A stretch of 52,142 nt of DNA from Schmidtea nova (taxonomy: Eukaryota): assembly GCA_044892505.1 (NCBI GenBank), contig CM097882.1, positions 610,835,859 to 610,888,000 on the forward strand. The letters run 5' to 3'. Shown here piece after piece: positions 48,828-52,142 of the stretch. The notes under the pieces were generated by a model. The model saw nothing but the letters and a program-made list of their open reading frames with translations. It was not told the DNA's origin and searched no databases. Both the position numbers and the translations under genes were made by a program. Within the stretch, counting starts at the first letter, position 1, and every line of letters starts with the position of its first letter.

Positions 48828-49738
48828 ATCATACAATAATCGGTATTTTTCGACAATGATAATGAAGTTACATTGAAATGTTAGAATGTAGATGAAGGTT
48901 CAGCATAAGATCCATTATATTGATTTTCAGCTTGAAAAGCTACAAGAATGAAATTAGGCATTCTTCTATCTCCAAATATTTGCTCCTTGTAAAATGACGA
49001 TGCCCCTTTACCGATTGCAAACGATACGATTTCTTTGGATTTTAGTGGATAAATTGCATGTTTACTATTTAAACCAATTTGATGTCCTGCTAATACTGAA
49101 GACTCACACCGAACTCTTCTTACCATTAATTTAGCGTCTACTAATTGGATTATTGGTTTCCCAATTGCGGATTTCAATGATAAATGCAGATTCAGATCGT
49201 TTCAATCTAATATGTTCATTAACTCCAAGAAGTAAGTATTTAGGTTGATCCATAAAATCGAGTTGTAATGATGAACACATGTTGAAAAGTTTTGATCCTT
49301 TGATCCACTTTTTTCTATCTTAAGATGAACCATATCTCATTGGAGTAAGACATGTTTCTTTTGTATCGCTAGTATAATTTAAAATAGTTTCGATTATTGC
49401 CTTGTGTGCATATGTATTGTTTCCACCCTCAATTTTTATATTATTAAATCCAAGAATCGCATCTTTGAAAAGAGTATGAAACAAATAGTTATTAGGTACT
49501 ACATTACTCGCATCAGCAAATTTATTTGTATCCCATCTAGAACCTTGACAGTAACGGATAATAAATTATCGTTCAAATCCAAATATTCGGTTGCCGATCC
49601 GTTAATGTAAAATTCTACATCATTTCTACTATCTGTAAAAGAATTCATTGGAAACACATCTTCAAACACCCCATATTCAATAACTGCTTGGGGTGATGGT
49701 CGATCGAAAATACATAATTCAGATTTATCGCAAATCAT
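48828..49738 (-). pseudogene. Polinton/Maverick major capsid protein, disrupted and C-terminally truncated
   Basis: CDKSELCIFDRPSPQAVIE...VEFYINGS-x2-EYLDLND; VVPNNYLFHTLF...YAHKAIIETILNY...DFMDQPKYLL-x-GV; DAKLMVRRV...HAIYPL...YNGSY. Confidence 0.9.
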
Positions 49739-50100
49739 TCTTCAAATATAGTTCCATGACCTTTCATTCGATTTTTTATAAGCTTTCTACCCTTTTTACG
49801 TCTTGGTCCTACTGGTTCAGGTTCCGGTTCATTATTTGTAAACATATTTGAAATTGACGGCATCGCCTTGGATACAGCATCCATAGCATTAGTTTTCAAT
49901 GAAGGTAATATTTTCTGATCTTTCACGATAACATCTCTAGCAGTTTTCATTCCAAAACTACCTAGTCACTTAAGTATTGGAAGTGCAAATCTACCGATAG
50001 TTTTCAACCAACCTGATCCATACTGTTTACCTACAAAATACGGTAATTCGCCACCAGTTTGGCTATTACTGTACAAAAAAGCTATATCGCGATTACTCAT
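49735..50100 (-). pseudogene. Polinton small basic core-like protein, one in-frame stop (49966-49968)
   Basis: MSNRDIAFLYSNSQTGGELPYFVGKQYGSGWLKTIGRFALPILK*LG...LPSLKTNA...RRKKGRK. Its start and stop overlap both neighbouring genes, a compact viral arrangement. Confidence 0.75.
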
Positions 50101-50306
50101 CGCTTTTTCGAAAATGTAGAGTCAAATGAGTTTTTGAATCTTTTGGAAAGTTTATTAAATTACCTCTATCATCTCGGATATTAATTTCTATATTGTTTAT
50201 ACAAGAAGTTGAAACAGATAAATACATTGGATTTTCCACTATAATTTGTACAACTTCATCTTGCTCATGTTTTTCAATCCAACGGATTTCAGTAAACAGA
50301 AAACAA
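50093..50306 (-). pseudogene. Polinton minor capsid (penton) C-terminal fragment
   Basis: IVENPMYLSVSTSCINNIEINIRDDRGNLINF-x5-THLTLHFRK* matches the NP-x-Y-x2-V...IEI-x-IRDD-x-G...LHFR pattern. Confidence 0.8.
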
Positions 50307-50581
50307 TTAGGTACTTTTTATATGAAAATTAGATATTATTAAAGTCAAATTAAGTAGGTCATATATGAAAATATTATTATTTAATTTAAATTAAGTAGGT
50401 CATATATGAAAATATATTTATTTAAGACAAAATTAAGTACTTAATATATGAAAAATATTTTTATTTAAAGTCAAATTAGGTACTTTTTATATGAAAAAGT
50501 AGATATTTAAAGTCAAATAAAGTAGGTCATATATTTAAAGACAAATGAAGTAGGTCATAAATGCTAAAATAAATATTTAAA
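50307..50581. repeat. ~40-bp degenerate tandem repeat (aaattaagtaggtcatatatgaaaata...) running into a gap
   Basis: Read directly from the sequence. Confidence 0.75.
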
Positions 50582-50791
50582 NNNNNNNNNNNNNNNNNNN
50601 NNNNNNNNNNNNNNNNNNNNNNNNNNNNNNNNNNNNNNNNNNNNNNNNNNNNNNNNNNNNNNNNNNNNNNNNNNNNNNNNNNNNNNNNNNNNNNNNNNNN
50701 NNNNNNNNNNNNTCTCACAAGTCAAAACAGTACTAAATAAAAACACCGAATAATTCTAAACATTTATTAAAAATGCACAAGTTAAAAAATC

Positions 50792-51136
50792 TCAAGTAAA
50801 TCTTGCACTATCGATTCTCCAAACTGGTGAGATGATATCCTTGGGATCCACTTTGTAACCTTGAATTGTAATATTTATAAACCATTGTTCATTATCCCTG
50901 AAATCAATTGATTGGAACGCGTCATGAAAACGTGTGTTTCGATTGTTAATAAATATAGTTTCTTTGCAGAATAAATTTTTATTGATTTTCGATAAAACTT
51001 TATTTACTGCAATAACATCTTCTTTATTCAGATGGCCGATTAGGTTTGTATATAATGATTTTGATAGCTTGACCGGATAAGAGAATCTGAATCGTATTTC
51101 GTCTACCAAGAAATATATTTTAAAGTCATGATACAT
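50792..51136 (-). CDS. Unknown 114-aa ORF, possibly a Polinton accessory gene
   Basis: ATG-started, same strand as and upstream of the capsid module. No recognisable motif. Confidence 0.4.
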   Translation of the reverse strand: MYHDFKIYFLVDEIRFRFSYPVKLSKSLYTNLIGHLNKEDVIAVNKVLSKINKNLFCKETIFINNRNTRFHDAFQSIDFRDNEQWFINITIQGYKVDPKDIISPVWRIDSARFT

Positions 51137-51764
51137 TTGAACTGGCTAAACGCCATTCTTGATTTTATTGGCTTTGACATTAGATTTTTTTTATTTGAGA
51201 TGACTTTATTGATTTAATTGTTTCTTCAGTCTTAATAGGGCTGGTTTCTTTAAATACATTCGAAAATTTTCCAAAACTGATTTAGTTGATTGCATTTTTA
51301 AAGAAATTATGAAATTGTCTTGGTTTGTCTTTGTATTTATAAGGTTAGAAATGTTGATGTAACCAATCAAATTCATGTATCTGTACGGTATATTGGTGTG
51401 CGTCACGATTCATTACTTATATATATATATATATATATATATATAAGTGTGTGTATGTGTGTTGCAAATAACCTCTGTGACCTATATGTGTGCATGTATG
51501 ACTCATTTATGTATTTGTCATGCATTCACATTGCATTAGTATTGCATTTGTATAAATTATTTCTTTAATAAAAACTGATGTCAAATAAAATTATTTATGA
51601 TAAAAAACCGTTTAAACTATTTACTTTAATATTCATTTATAAACACATACAAAATAAAAAAGATAATAAAAACAAAGACAAATACAAGTCAAATATTTAT
51701 TAAATATCAACAATAGATGAATAACGGAATTTTTTCAATTCTTCCTTAAAAGCCATGTATGATA

Positions 51765-52010
51765 TTATTTCACACGCTCGAAGCAACATTCGCATCGATA
51801 TGCACAAATGCTGGCTTTATTCACAATCGGGAGATCCTCGTCTACCATCATGAGATGATCGATCAATATAGTACGGAGATCGATACCAGTAATTGCTCGG
51901 ATCTTGAATGGTAAAATTTCTGGAGCATAGTAAATGAGATCCGTCATCATTCTAGGATACAACTCTTCTATCTTTCCGATGAGAATGGACATTAGTTTAT
52001 CTAGAAACAA
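51765..52010 (-). CDS. Unknown short ORF with a Cys-rich C-terminus, possibly a Polinton accessory gene
   Basis: Coding-like composition on the same strand, ending ICAYRCECCF. Confidence 0.3.
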   Translation of the reverse strand: MFLDKLMSILIGKIEELYPRMMTDLIYYAPEILPFKIRAITGIDLRTILIDHLMMVDEDLPIVNKASICAYRCECCFERVK

Positions 52011-52142
52011 ATAAAAGTAAAAATAGAATATAAAATAAACTATGCTTACTATTATTTGAAAACGAAGACATTTTTGATAAATAACTGAAAAGTCTGATGG
52101 TATTTATACTAATTTATTTAGACACACTCATACAAACAATCA

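Overview
AT-rich eukaryotic scaffold with three N gaps (984-1412, 40289-40548, 50582-50712). It contains no intact host gene that I can support and is a dense graveyard of nested and shuffled mobile DNA. A near-perfect match (from memory) to the freshwater-planarian spliced-leader exon at 42814-42854 suggests a triclad flatworm. Recognisable components: a Penelope-type GIY-YIG tail; a piggyBac-type MITE; a decayed hAT transposase; a 31-bp x ~49 tandem array; an LTR element with PBS, gag and a second ORF carrying ubiquitin-like, AT-hook, Bcl-2-like and class-III-type (chuvirus-like) Env segments; several R2/NeSL-type non-LTR fragments, one with a Ulp1-type protease motif; Polinton/Maverick pieces (ATPase, two pPolB fragments, major capsid, core protein, penton, two terminal-repeat-like copies); an RPB1 fragment; a Gypsy pol; and a Gypsy Gag with an exactly 76-residue, Gly-Gly-terminated ubiquitin-like N-terminus. 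The most novel-looking items are the two ubiquitin-like-bearing LTR elements (one also Bcl-2-like plus Env), the SL-headed unit, the inverted-repeat-bracketed pPolB fragment, and the EGR/AP-1/E2F motif cassette in the Polinton-like terminus. All domain calls are by-eye motif recognition; no searches were run.
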